Below, piece by piece: positions 47,903 to 58,899 of a DNA stretch of 64,000 nt; position 1 is the first letter of the stretch; each line of letters starts with the position of its first letter. Below the pieces are notes generated by a model, which was not told the origin of the DNA, made no database searches, and was given only the letters and a program-made list of their open reading frames with translations. The translations under genes and the position numbers were made by a program. Source of the DNA: Protoeuglena noctilucae (Eukaryota); contig OY253677.1 of assembly GCA_958009085.1 (NCBI GenBank), positions 434,001 through 498,000 of the forward strand. Reading direction: 5' to 3'.

Positions 47903-49939
47903 CTAAGGGAGCTTGTTGAGCGCCGTCTGGATGGCCTGCTTCATCTCATTGCGCGACATGCTCGTCACGACGTGGATCTCCTGCACGTCCGTGCCGGCGC
48001 GGGCCACCACGTTGAATCCGTCTGCGAGCGATGGGGACTTCGCGATTACATGCTCGTTCGCCTGCACTCCCCAACGATTATTTGGGACGACCAACCCTGT
48101 CCAGCACAATTTGCAGCTCGCGCTCACCCGAGACCTCCTGCGTGGTCAGCCATATCTCCAGGTCCTGCGACACCACGCGGTCGTTGCGCCCGCGGCGGCC
48201 CAGCTGCACGGACGCCACCCCCGGCTCCGCCAGCAGCGTTTGGCAGAGGAGGCTCACGCCAGCAATGGAAGACCCGGAGAACGCCTTGGACCCAGCCGCG
48301 GATTCCTGCAAAGCAATGGACGCAATACAACTCCAGCTCTGACCCTGGCAAAACGTGTAGCACTGTAGCACTGCACGTGGACTGCGCACGCCAAGAGCCA
48401 TCACCTGGCTGTCCCCGAGCGGCAGCAGATCCTCCAGGGTCTCCTTGATGGGGTCTTCCGACAGCTGCTTGAGCGATAAGGTGATGCGGCGCCTGCGCTT
48501 GTCCACGCCCACGACCTTGACCCGCACCCGGTCGCCCTTCTTGACCACGGCGTCCGGCGCCGAGATGCGCTGCCAGCTGAGCTCGGACAGGTGGATCAGC
48601 CCCTCGGCCCTGCGACGTCCAGGAGCAGTAGCGCTGGCCGTCATCTCGCACAGGCCACTCTCAGATGCACCACTTCAATGCATCATCGCTCCACCACCCG
48701 CTGCTCGCCCGCACGCAACGCTCACTGCAGAGCACCATGCGTCCTCGCGCCCCTCACCCGTGGAACTCCCCGTCGGGCCCCTGGAGGGCGCAGAAGGCCC
48801 CGAAGTCGGCGAGGGACGTGACGACGCCCTCCACGACCTCGCCGACCCTGAACGCGTCCACCGCCTGCGCCATCACCGCCCCGCGCTCGCTGAGAAGCAG
48901 GTCCCTGCGGGGACGGAATCGCGAGAAGGAAGGGTCACGGCGGGATGACGCCGACTGGACAGAAACTACGCCTTCTAGGCAGAGTCACGAGCACCACCCG
49001 GCTGTGCTGTGCGCATGGCCACTGCTCTGCTAGAGCTTCAATAGTGCCCCTGGCCCATCCACGCTATGTGAGCCTCCTGTGAACTACGCACTTGCTGGGC
49101 ACGTCGACGCGGACGACCTGGGCGCTGATTTCTGAGCCTATCACGCCCGCCAAGCACGACTCGAGGAGGTCCGCCTTGGACATGTCCGCAGGGAGGCGAG
49201 TGGGGTCCAGAAGGTTGTACGGGATGAACCCTTCGAGTGGCCCCACCTGCTGGCGGCGATGCAGGGCGAGGGGTCAGGGTGACGAGCGGCGGTGCAGTTT
49301 GTGTACCCAGCCACGCCGACCGTCGCTTGCCTGGACGATGACGCCCCCCCGATTGCACCGGATGGCTTTGTACTGGCGCACTTCCCCGCTCCGCATCAGC
49401 TGAACCGCCTCGCGCCACGCGGCCTCGCGGTCCGTGGTCGCCGTCGAGTCCTGCACGCCTGACTGCGCGCTCCGAGCCACCCACGATCCAGAGCGCGCTG
49501 GTGACGTCCTGCAAGCGCGTGCCTCACATCGTCGGGGGTCCATGGAACGGCAGGCGCGCCCAGCAGCGTCCTGTGCCGCGTGTCGTCGCTCGGCCCACCT
49601 GAGCGTGCGCAGTCGCGCGGAAGCCGAGGCGCCATGCAGGTACGCTCTCGTCCATGCAACCTGTACGCAAGAGACGTCGCGGGCCGTCAGCCCCACCATC
49701 GAGGCTGTGGGATCCCGATCGGAGGCGTAGCCAAAAGGACCCGCGGAGGAAAATGGCGAGAGTGGAGGCGCTGTCCGGAAGCCCATGAGAACAAGTGATG
49801 CCAGCAGGCGCAAGCAAGGCCCACGCGCGTGGCTCGGGTCGCGCGTTGAGGCCGTCTCGGACTCGTGGCCGCGGATGCGCACCTGGCCCGTCCCCGAGCT
49901 CGTCGTGGGCAGGGCGTGGGCCCGGCACGCACACGTCAT
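47903..49939 (-). CDS. Chloroplast S1-domain RNA-binding protein, similar to Arabidopsis SRRP1; start uncertain
   Basis: Three S1-type segments: NRGGVIVQ/VGPLEGFIPYNLL, GEVVEGVVTSLADFGAF, EGLIHLSELSW...GDRVRVKVVGVDKRRRRITLSLKQL. C-terminal VVSQDLEIWL...VARAGTDVQEIHVVTSM...LNKLP*. GC donor at 49330. Confidence 0.85.
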
Positions 49940-50283
49940 GGCTCTCACAGCGCCGAGGGAGAGGTCTGTTACGGCGTCGCTGCGGGGATGTGCCACCAAG
50001 CCTTCGCCCGCGCACGGCGAAACTGGAGAGCGATGGAGGCGACCGCGGGGATGAGAAGCGGGGGTTGCAGGCGTACTGCTGCGGATCCGCGGTGTCCGCC
50101 CGGTGTTACAGGCACGGGGGGGCGCGAACCCGTGACACTGGCGCCACGCCTGGCACTTGTTCGAGCTGCTCCGAGGCTCTCCGCGGCCAGTTCTGTCGTC
50201 CGGGATCCCGAAATCGACAACTCGCGACGTTGCAAAGAGAACGCGGCCTCGACAGGCACCGTGGACGAGGGACGGGCTCCAGG

Positions 50284-51397
50284 ATGTTTGCTCTGAGCGG
50301 GGCGGCCGTGACGGGCAGGCCGATGGCGGCGGGGGTTCGCGTTCAGCGTTGCCGGGCGCAGACGCAGGTGCGTGCCCGGTCTCCCGCCCTCAGAGGCCCG
50401 GGGCGGCTCACTTGCGCCCGAAGCGGGTCGCGGGATGGTTGCGGCAGGGGTGCGGCCTGCTCCTTCTCTTGATTTTTCCTCGCTTAATGGCCTGCTTGCA
50501 TGCGTTTGCCGGGAAAGCCTCGCTCCGGGCCCCGGTCGCCGGCTCCCAGGCGTCGCCATTAGGGCCCGCCACGCGCTGTGGGGACCCCCGCTGCGATGTC
50601 CAGCCATGCACCTCGCATCTATGGATAGTTATCAATCCATATAGAAAGCGAGGCGGCCGCGGCGATGGCCCCGTCGCCTGTTGACCCCGTTTGTTTCCCA
50701 CCGGCCGACATATCCATCCCCGCAAGCGCCGGGACGGGGACTTCCATGACGGCCTCGCGCCCCCCGACATCGCCTACTGTCATCTGTCATTCGGAACCAC
50801 TGCGAGTGCGTCGTGCTCGCGCCGCTGCGTGACCTGGGCCACGGTCTCGCCTCCCGCAGGTTGCCAAGGCGCTCTCGGCGCCCGCGGGGTACAAGACGTA
50901 CGAGTCGATGATGGTGCTGCGCCCGGACCTGATGGAGGAGGAGCGTGACGCGCAGCTGGCCAAGGTGCAGGCCCGCGGCAGGAGTTGGCAGCACACGGTC
51001 GTGCCCCTGTGCTCCAGCCTCAGTGCCGTGGCTCAGTCGCTCAGTTTGCGTCCTAGCCGACCGTCCTCGCAGGTGGAGTCTATCCTGGCTGAGAACGGGG
51101 CGATCGACATCAAGCTCGTGACCAAGGGGATTCAGCGCATTGCGTACCCCATCGATGGGATGTGGGAGGGCTTCATGGTGTTCATGACGGTGCGGCGCGC
51201 TTGGCTGAGCCGTGGAGAGGGACAGCTAGTGCACCTGGCGGGCAACGTCAGCCCTGATGCATTCTCACGTGACCCCTCGTGCCTGGCTGCAGTACATGAC
51301 GCCGCCGAGCGGCATCCGGGCGTTCGAGAACCGCCTGTCAAACCCAGACGCGGACTCGCAGGGCAAGATCATGCGCTGGAATATCCTCAGGATGTGA
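50284..51397 (+). CDS. PRPS6: Plastid 30S ribosomal protein S6 (bS6c) precursor
   Basis: Transit-peptide exon from 50284 (MFALSGAAVTGRPMAAGVRVQR), then YESMMVLRPDLMEEER, KGIQRIAYPI, ...GKIMRWNILRM*; 4 exons with GT-AG introns. Confidence 0.9.
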
Positions 51398-51756
51398 AGC
51401 ACGGACGTCTGAGCCCCACACACGTTGACGGTCCCCTGTGTGGAGCCAGCCGGCCGGCCACAGCCAGGGATGGGCGGCCCCTTGCACTCGCTGACTATTG
51501 CTGCTGATCACCGTAGCCTGTTGTGAAGATTTGGCGTTGAGAAATTTCAGTTACGAAGAGAGAAACTCTGACGACTTCGCCCGTGCCCTTCTGACAGCTT
51601 TGTTACAGCTCGGCTGCCTGCGCCGTCGCGCGAGCATTCAGCGCGAGACGCGACCCGCAACACGCAAGCGTCTGCCTGGCTTCTCCTCGAGATCCGCCGC
51701 CGGCGCAAGCGAATTACTCCCGGTGTCCTGGGCTTCTCTTTCGTCGCGTGCTCACC

Positions 51757-53388
51757 ATGAGTGCGCAGCAGAAGATCAAGGACATCGAGGCGGAGATGGA
51801 GAGGACGCAGAAGAACAAGGCAAGCATGCGGTTCGCCCGCCGCATCGCTGGCCCCGGGGCTCAGCAGCAGCCAGCCCCACGCCGTGTCCTCTGCGCAGGC
51901 GACCGAGGGACATCTGGGCTTGCTGAAGGCTAAGCTGGCAAAGTTGAAGAGGGAGCTGATTGAGGAGGCGACGCGGGCGTCGGGCGGCGGGGGCGGGGGC
52001 CGGTGAGCGAGCGCGCGGCGGTGCTGGGGGCTCTGCTCCATCGAATGGCCTGCTCCGGAGCTTGAGCGCTGTCGCCTGATTCCCAGGGGCTTCGAGGTGA
52101 ACAAGGTCGGCGATGCGCGCGTGGGCTTCGTGGGATTCCCGTCGGTGGGCAAGAGCACTCTGCTCACCAAGCTCACGGGGACGTTCAGCGAGAGCGCCGA
52201 GTACGAGTTCACGACGCTGACTGCCGTTCTGGGGACACTGCGCTATCGGGGCGCGCGCATCCAGCTCCTGGACTTGCCAGGCATCATCGAGGGGGCCAAG
52301 GACGGCAAGGGGAGGGGGCGGCAGGTCATTGGTGAGTCGCGAATGGCTCGATGCAGACGCATCGTGGATGTCTCGCGAGCGAACCGCGGTCTGCTGATCC
52401 CTGCCGGTCTTCCCGTGCGCACCCGCAGCGACGGCGCGGACGTGCGACCTAATTCTGATCTGCCTGGACGCGATGAAGCCCATCACGCACAAGAAGATTA
52501 TCGAGAAGGAGCTGGAGGGGTTCGGCATCCGCCTGAACAAGTCGCCGCCCAACATTGAGTATCGCAAGAAGGAGAAGGGCGGCGTGGGGCTGGTCAACCA
52601 GACCAAAAGCTCCCTGACGCTGGACGAGTGCAAGGCCATCCTGCAGGAGTACCGCGTGCACAACGCCGATATCATCGTGCGCTCGGACGACGTGACGGCC
52701 GACGACCTGATCGACATCATCGAGGGATCGCGCGTCTACGTCCCGGCCATCTACGTCATCAACAAGATCGACCAGATCACCCTCGAGGAGCTCAACATCC
52801 TTGACCGCATGCCCAACTACTGCCCCATCTGCGCCTACCACGAGGTGCACACAGCGCATGCCGGCGCAGCGCATGTGAACGCTCGCACGCGCCTTGGCTA
52901 GGCGCCCACGCAGTGCCTGGCTTCTGCGCCGCAGTGGAACCTGGACGGCCTGGTGGAGATGATCTGGGACCGGCTGGAGCTCGTGCGCATCTACACCAAG
53001 CCCAAGGGGCAGCTGCCAGACTACAACGAGCCCGTGGTCATCAGGAAGGGCCACACCACAATCGAGAACTTCTGCAACAAGGCGAGGGGCTGTCCCATGC
53101 GTGCACCTCCGCGCTTCTTTGTTCTTGCGGCTCTGCTCTCTGATCGCAAGCGGACAAGGCAGGGCCCGGGTGCCGTGGCGCGTCGCTGATCTTGACCCAG
53201 GGCCGCCCTGCGTCGTATGTTCTGTTCCAACGCATGCCCGCCCGGTCCCGCAGATCCACAAGGGCATCCTGAAGCAGTTCAAGTATGCGCTCGTGTGGGG
53301 CTTATCAGCCAAGCACCGGGGGCACAAGGTGGGGAAGGACCACGAGCTGGAAGACGAGGACATCGTGCAGATCGTCAAGAAGATCTGA
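51757..53388 (+). CDS. DRG1: Developmentally regulated GTP-binding protein, DRG1/Rbg1 type
   Basis: [73 protein letters not shown]-domain end [14 protein letters not shown] donors at 51820 and 53082. Confidence 0.97.
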
Positions 53389-53521
53389 GCGGGGCTGTTG
53401 TAAGCGCGAGCCCAATGCGAGACCTGATGCGACGCCGCGCGGGGGCGGGTGCCAACACGCTATGGCTGCTGACGCTGCGCCTAGCCCCGAGCCCTCCGAC
53501 GCGCTCGCTCTGTCGGCCCTC

Positions 53522-54378
53522 TCACTTGAGGATCGGCTTGCCCTCCGAGTCCAGCGGCCATGGGTTGCCGTCCACGTCCACCGGCACCTCCAGCCTGCAT
53601 GGCGCACCGTGCGCGATGCATGAGTTTAGCTCCGCGCTGCTCTGCGCTGCTGCGCGTGCCCGCGGTGTCTGAAGCGCACTTCCTGCCAGCAGCTGCGCCT
53701 CACTTGCGGAGCTGCGGGGTGCTCCAGGGGTGGTCCTTGACCATGGCCCACTCGATGGGCCGGCCGAAGTTCTTCTTGAGGTTCTCGGTGAACACGCGCT
53801 GGGCTTCCCGGAACTCGGGCGTGCAGAAGGACATGCGCGGGTCCTCGTACTTCCTGCGAGGGAAGCGTGGGTGCGAATGACGAGTTGTTCCGTTGCGCTT
53901 CCCATGCAAGCTCGAGCCCCGCAGGGGTCCCGCGCACCTCATCTCCTCCAGCTTCTTGATGTGCTGCCGCATCTCGTCCAACAGCGCCTGCGCCTGTTTG
54001 TCGTTCGGGTTCGCGCGGCGCTCGAACTCCCTCTGCGCGGAGGGGGCTGGCCAGGGCACCGTCAGCTCGAGTTAAGCATGACTATACGGCGCCCCTGCAG
54101 TACGTGCAGCAAACGGATGCCATCAGCATGGCGCAAGGTGCTCGGAGCGCCGTTTCGTCCCAGGGCGGCTTGCTGAGTGCGCCACTGCCTCGGCCGGGGT
54201 GCCCGGCCCGGGTGCGCGTCGAGGCAACTTCCGCGGCCGCCTCAGGTTGATTCAGTAGAAATGCAGCATCTGACCCGCTTGAGGGCCCGCGGGACCCGCT
54301 CAACAAGCCGAGCGGCGGCCACGTCCATCCGTCTTCTCTCACCAGCCTGTCGGCCTCGGGGACGCCTCCCGCCGCCAT
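53522..54378 (-). CDS. Small hypothetical protein (~118 aa)
   Basis: Four phase-compatible exons: MAAGGVPEADRL / REFERRANPNDK...KLEEMR / KYEDPRMSFCTPEFREAQRVFTENLKKNFGRPIEW...QLRK / LEVPVDVDGNPWPLDSEGKPILK*. Confidence 0.75.
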
Positions 54379-54637
54379 GCTGCCCCCAATCGGATAATCG
54401 ACAGGCAAGGATCGCGGCGAGTCCGGTGAATGGGGCGGACATCGCTGCAGCGAGGCACTCTGCCCCGCTCAGCCCAGAAACAGCAGGTAGGGTTTTGGTC
54501 AGATGTGTTCTGGACGCACCATCAGCACGACATGTGCACATCGGCGACCCAGATGCGTCCCGAGGAACCCAGGTAGCTTCAACGTCGAGGCTGGCCCCCT
54601 CGCGGATCAAAAAGGGTCTCGCGCATGTGCTGGGCCG

Positions 54638-55190
54638 CTACTTCGCCCCATCGGAGCCCATGGCGACACGGTAAATCTGATACAGCCCCGTTGCTGCCAT
54701 GAATGCGATCACCGTCATCAGGTTGTAGTTGACGGGCGTGATCTGGGTGGAGTAGCGCACCCTGCGGCACAGCGAGGGGGCGTGCATGCTGACGGTCCTG
54801 CCAGTGACACATCGTCGCCGTAAAGATGTCGCTGCAAGTTGCCACTCGGTTGTCAACCGCGTGCCTCACCAGATCATGCCTGTGCCCGCCACCGCCAGCT
54901 GTTGGGGCAGGGAAATCTGCTCGATGGGTCGCTGGAAGTCGCTGATATTTGCCAACGTGATGGCCCACTTGAACGTCGGCGCCCAAAAGTGAATCGTCAG
55001 CGGGCCTGCGGGCGCGAGGGATGCGGGGGCACTGATAAGGCGTCGTGCGAGGCACGATTCGCGTTGTGACCCTCCGGCTGCGTCGCTCAGTTGCGATACT
55101 TGCTCCGTGGGAGGCTGGGAGGCCGGGGATAGTGGCCAGCGGCGCCTGCGCACCTGCCGGGTGGTTGATGAACGCCCGTATGGCCGACAT
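54638..55190 (-). CDS. MPC2: Mitochondrial pyruvate carrier, MPC2 type
   Basis: HPAGPLTIHFWAPTFKWA...QQLAVAGTGMIWVRYSTQITPVNYNL...TGLYQIYR; 3 exons. Confidence 0.95.
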
Positions 55191-55695
55191 CGTCGCCAGC
55201 CTCGGGTTCCCCCCCGGTGCAAATCCGTGACACGCACTCCGAGGCTGCGGGAAGCAAAAGAGAACGGGTTGGCAACGCCTCGGTGCGCCCCGCTGAGGGT
55301 CACGCCCGTTGCACGCTTCCTACGCCACCATGGGGGCAGCGGGGCGGCGTGGACCAGAGCCAAAGTCACGCGAGGGCTGACGACGGTGCAGCTTGCGGGA
55401 ATTGTCACCTCGGGAGCCCCTAACGGTCGAAAGCTTCGCCCTCTGTCTCGCCAGGTATCCGTCGAGCCGCCGATCCACCCAGGAATTGACACAGCGAGGA
55501 CACTGGCCGTGCCGACGCCATGCGCGACGTTTGGGCCCCTTGCTTTCGTGCAGTGCAACGGCTAGAAATGAGCAATCGATTTGCTTGCGCTTGATGGAGC
55601 GACAACGTGCACTGCTGTGAGCTGCACCGTCGTGCGCGGACCGGGGACGCATCGAGGACACGGAGGCAGTGACGCAGTGAGCGCAAGAGGCACAG

Positions 55696-57231
55696 ATGCG
55701 AGTGGACGGCCTGGACGAGGAGCAAGCGGCCATCTACGACCGCCAGCTGCGAGTGTGAGTTCACAGTTATCGGGGGATGCCCTGCGGAAGCGCGGTGCAA
55801 TCAATTGACACACGAGACGGCCCTCGCCCCACGCTGTGCACGATGCTGGTGGCAACTCTGCGATCGCGGTGCCAGCCTCTCCCGCGACCATGCCCCTTGC
55901 AGATGGGGAGTAGAAGCACAAAGGCGCATCTCAGCGTCCCGCCTGCTCTTCATCGGGTCCACGGGGCTGGCTGCGGAGGCCGCCAAGAACGCTGTGCTGG
56001 CGGGGTGCGGGAGAGGTGCGCGGGGACGGGCCGCGCGTGCGCCATGTGAAATAGGTTATGTTATATCAGCTGCGGTGCCGACGTATCGATCCGCAGTCGC
56101 TCTCGATCCGCAGTCCACCTGTTTGACACGCCGGGGGCGCGCCCGGGGATTGGCAACTTCCTGGTGGGTGCCGACGACGGCGACGACCAGCGGAGCGTGC
56201 CGCAGCGGTGTGCCGCAGCCCTGCGTGAGATGAATCCGTTCGTGGAGGTGCAAGGGACCGAGGGGGACCCTGCAAGTTTCACGACGGATGCCCTGCGGGA
56301 GTATGACTTGGTCGTGTGCGCTGGGGTGCCCCTCTCGACCGCGCGGCTACTGGCGGGGCGGTGCCGCGAGGCCGGCGTCAAGTTCGCGTGCGGGGACTGC
56401 CGGGGCACCTTTGGGTGGTACGTGCTTGACTTGGGGGACCATGGGTTTGTGGTGCAAGTGCCTGTCCAAGGCAAAGACGAGAAGACCCTGGTGGAGGTGA
56501 GCAGCAGGTCTATTGTTGATATCAGAGCTGCCTGGGTCATGGTGACACCGGCTGCTCCTTGTGCCCTGCTGCTCTGTGCCTGGTGGAGATGCTGGCTCCC
56601 GTAGACGTGTCGATGTAACGTAGCTGTGGGCTACTAACAGCTGCAGATGCTCTTACTGGCATCTTTCTGCTGTCAAAATACGCAGAAGACGACTTCCTAC
56701 CCGTCCTTGGAGGAGGTGCTGTCTGCACGGCTGAGCGAGAGGATGCGGGGCCGGGGGTGCGACGCGTTGGCGATCCTGCGGGTGCTGGACAGGACGGAGC
56801 GGGAGCTGGGGCGGCCGCCGGGGCCCGCGGATGCGGAGCGGGCGGCGGAGGTCGCGGGGACGATGGAAAGCGATGAGTGGGCGCCTGCGGTGAGAGAAGA
56901 GGGGGTCGGTTGTGCAAGGGGTGGGCGCGGAGCGTGTTGCAGTGTCCGTGACGCGTCTCCTGTCGTTTTCGGGTCTGGTCTCGGTATGGTACACTTCACG
57001 TCGCCGTCGTTGCGCGGATTGCAGGGAGGGGTCGACCGTGTCGTTCTGCGGGATTACCTCACTCTGACCGACGAGACGCCGGGGCTCACGGCGGTGCTGG
57101 GGGGCGTGCTTGGCAACGACCTGATCGCTTCCGTGAGCGGGAAGGGGGAGCCTAGCGACAACGTGGTTTCGTTCTCGATGCTGGACGGCATGGTGTGCAG
57201 GGAGCGGCGCCCTGTGACGCGCGCCAAGTGA
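55696..57231 (+). CDS. SAE1: SUMO-activating enzyme subunit 1 (Aos1/SAE1)
   Basis: EEQAAIYDRQLRVWGVEAQRRI, GLAAEAAKNAVLAG, LREMNPFVEV, AVLGGVLGNDLIASVSGKGEPSDN. Confidence 0.9.
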
Positions 57232-57431
57232 GTGGCACCGACGCAGTTGAAAGCCAGGGGCCAATGGGGCCATAGGATACTAACAATCGTGAAAGCGGTG
57301 CCTAGACGAGGTAGGGGTTAGCGGGCGAGACACGAGGGGAGGGAACCAGGTGGCACAAGGGGCCACAAGCGGCGTATGTGGACCCGGAGAGCTGTCGTCG
57401 GAACCCGTGAACGGGTCGAACTCCGCGCTCT

Positions 57432-58304
57432 TTAGTATTTATTAATCCCAAAGAGCCGGACGCCCGTCATACCCGGGAGCTTGGGGACAAGGGCCACCTG
57501 CGGGTGCAGGTGGTGCATCGCCATGGGTGCAGGTCCCTCGGGGCCCTCGCGCAGCGCCAGCCCGCCCTTTCGATGCCTCACCATGACAGCGACTATGTTG
57601 AGGATGAGCGGCTGGCTCTGGTACTCCGCGGTGTGCGTGGCCAAGGCGAAGAGGACGGCGGGCACGACGGCGAGAAACTTGCGGTTCATCGTCCCCTGGA
57701 CACCTTCATCTAGTTGCTCCCAAAACGTCTCCTGGTTGTACTGCGCGTCAGGGGCGGGCAGAGGCTTCGCTGCGCCGATGCCGGGGTCACGTCCGTGCTT
57801 TGGCCAGCCAACTCGCTGCGGGAGCGCATCGGCGGGTCCCAATCACCCCCGCGACGTGGATACGACGCACCTGTCCACTTTCGTCCAGCCCCGGCGTGCC
57901 CTTGACCCAATGGAACGCGTAGAAGGTGAACACAGTGTGGCCCAGGTGCACGATGGTCCACGACTGCGTGCGGAAGCAAACGCTGCCGCCCCTCGCGGTC
58001 GCGAACGCAACATAGACAGGACACGGAGGTAGGGGACACTCCCGCCGGCCCGACGGCGTCCCAGGCGCGTGGCGGGGGCGTGAGACAGCTCACCATGCTC
58101 ATGGGGGCGAAGTTCAGCACGAGCAGCCAGGAGATGACGACGATGAGGATGTATATCAACCATGCTCCTGGCGCGCCCACCCAGTCGACGTTCTTGTTCG
58201 TCACCACGCGCGACGGCGTCCTGCACGGTCGCAGCGACGCAACGGGGGCTCGCCGCGGGCGGGCAGGGCTCGAAGAAACGCAGGGCTTACTTTGCGTCTT
58301 CCAT
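57432..58304 (-). CDS. ORMDL: ORM1/ORMDL sphingolipid biosynthesis regulator
   Basis: NKNVDWV, SWTIVHLGH...FHWVKGTP, TFWEQLD, NRKFL, PKLPGM...LFGINKY* (TAA); 5 exons. Confidence 0.96.
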
Positions 58305-58899
58305 AGACGAGAGCGGCACGCAGCTTGGCATCAGCGAAGGACCCCCGGCGCGGGGCGCGGCGCAGCAACCGACTAGGACAGCCCCGGGCCACCCCACCTG
58401 TTGTGGTGAGAGTGCGGCATCTCGCCCTCCCTCTCTCCCAGATCCTCACGAACGCCTGTTCACGGAGACCATCCGGCGGCCCTCGATTTGGCCAGGAGGA
58501 GAGCGGCCCAGGTCACAGCCTCGGTGTGCGCGCCGCGTATCAAGCGAGGGCCTCCCAAACGCGGCTGGAAAAGTCCGGGAAGGAAAACTGGCGTCGCAGT
58601 TGCTGTGCTGTTCGATACGAGGGCCAGCTGGCGGCGCGCGTTCGTCAGATCCACGTGCACGCGGGGATTCGCTTGACATCCGCTTCCGCCGTCGCGGGTG
58701 GGCTTTGAGGAATGCATTCGATCGCCCCAGCCGTGAGCCAGGCAGAGACCGCTTCGTGAAAGACTCGGGCTCGCGCTTTGCCCAGCGTGTGCCTCGCCGT
58801 TCCGCGCATAAGATTGAGCGTTTGCCTGATACTGGCTCCCCTAGAGTCTGAAGTGCATTTTGAAGGGTTTCGCGATAGTAGGGGGGGAGGGAGAGCAGG

